DNA of 47,454 nt, the filler included, from Nemertoderma westbladi (Eukaryota > Animalia > Xenacoelomorpha), in assembly GCA_032718475.1 (NCBI GenBank). It is 2 parts of 2 records of this genome, joined end to end, with 100 filler letters (N's around TTAATTAATTAA, not from the genome) between each part and the next. Parts side by side here need not be neighbours in the genome. Positions count along the whole stretch, not along the records: positions 30,603 to 47,454 come from JAUCBJ010002415.1; 1 more part is not named here. One strand, written 5' to 3'. Positions 46,231 through 47,454 of the stretch are shown piece after piece; the stretch's first letter is position 1; each line of letters opens with the position of its first letter. The position numbers were made by a program, and so were the translations under genes. The notes under the pieces are model-generated. The model was not told the DNA's origin and ran no database searches. It saw only the letters and a list, made by a program, of their open reading frames with translations.

Positions 46231-47454
46231 GTACATAATATCAAACAAAAACACACCAACGATCAGGGAGGGAGACAATTGTTCAGAGTGGAATAGATTG
46301 TAGTACGGGATAGAAAAACTACAGTGAGACAGTAGTCGAAGTTAAAGGAATGATCTTGTATGTTAAGCAGTTGTCGGTACTCTTTAATGATAAGAGTTTA
46401 TTTTATGGAGAGGGTGATGTTTAGATTTAAGGGACTCACTGTCAATAACATAAAATGGGGGGGGGGGGGGGGGGGGGGGCTGGGGTATTCTAAGATTGCC
46501 GCTGGACGCGATCTGGCCAGGTTGCTAGGATTACCGTAATGTATATTATATAAACCGATACTTAAAGTACTAGGCCTATCAAAGTAACTAAACACTTGGA
46601 GATTACAATTGTTAAAAATAGAAATATTATTTTTATAATAACTAATTATATAAGACGTTTATAACTACAATACAACTATAATTGACTACACCATTATCTT
46701 ACCTTGTGTAGTTCACCAGTGCTAACGCACAACATATCATGTGCACATAATACTGGGCCTGCCCTACATGATCTACAGATCTACTGGAACTCAGTAATAA
46801 ATCGCAAAATATGATCCAGAATAAATTAAATGTTAAATATATAATTTTTTATAAAACTTAACAAATTATCAGTAAAAAGAACAATCCTAATGCAACACTA
46901 TACTCAAATATTATTTTGCTAATTGATAAATTTAAAATGGTTGAAAATAATTTTGAGAAGAAATCAAATACCAGTATCCACAATATAAAAATGTAAAAGT
47001 ATATATACAGCAATTTAATCTTAACCAAATTACGTAAATATTGTATCGTTAGATATAAAATGACAAATCATTTGTGTATTCAGTAAAAACTTAAACTAAA
47101 CAGGTGTTTAACATGTAACTACCTCAAATTTTTAAAGTACAAATACCGGTACATTGCAACTTGTATTTAAGAAATAAACTCAAAGTTTTAATAAATTTTG
47201 TCGTTTACTAACAGATATCTAGGAACTTTCATATACATACGGTACCTAGGTAAGGTATAAACTAACAATGTAAATAATAAGACATTATTGCGATGTTATG
47301 TTTAATATTTATTGAAATAAATGTAAAATTAGCCAATATAAATATTACTGTATACAGTAAAAAGATATTGACAATATCGACAACCACAAAATATATAAAG
47401 ACAGTCTATGCTTATGCATTAGAATCTTGCTAGTTAATTTGTATATACAGGTGA

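Overview
Eukaryotic, most likely invertebrate animal, genomic DNA: AT-rich, repeat-dense intergenic/intronic sequence with GC- and CpG-rich exons and GT-AG introns. Three genes are recognisable: a 3-exon DCAF1/VprBP (9055-18359, +), an intronless CDK8 (23115-24458, +) and a PC4/SUB1 with two coding exons (45077-43981, -). Three genes are not recognisable: a 463-aa disordered protein with tandem EPIYA-like tyrosine motifs (-), a probable 2-exon multi-pass membrane protein head-to-head with CDK8 (-), and a basic protein with a repeated GWxxxxGPVAVP motif that is cut by an assembly gap (+). The rest is mobile DNA: a decayed L2/CR1-like LINE carrying a CRE-like insertion, young RTE fragments, a hAT MITE, a cluster of ~0.9-kb fold-back TA-flanked MITEs, Helentron/HINE-like repeats and two Penelope-type minimal hammerhead ribozyme motifs. 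The most striking signals are tandem arrays whose units each carry a splice-donor consensus (one is the real donor of the GW-repeat gene amplified ~15 times), the hammerhead motifs, the EPIYA-like orphan, a 14-bp collapsed MITE remnant, and extreme intron poverty in conserved genes. No CRISPR, rRNA or tRNA was found. All family calls come from motif recognition, not database searches.
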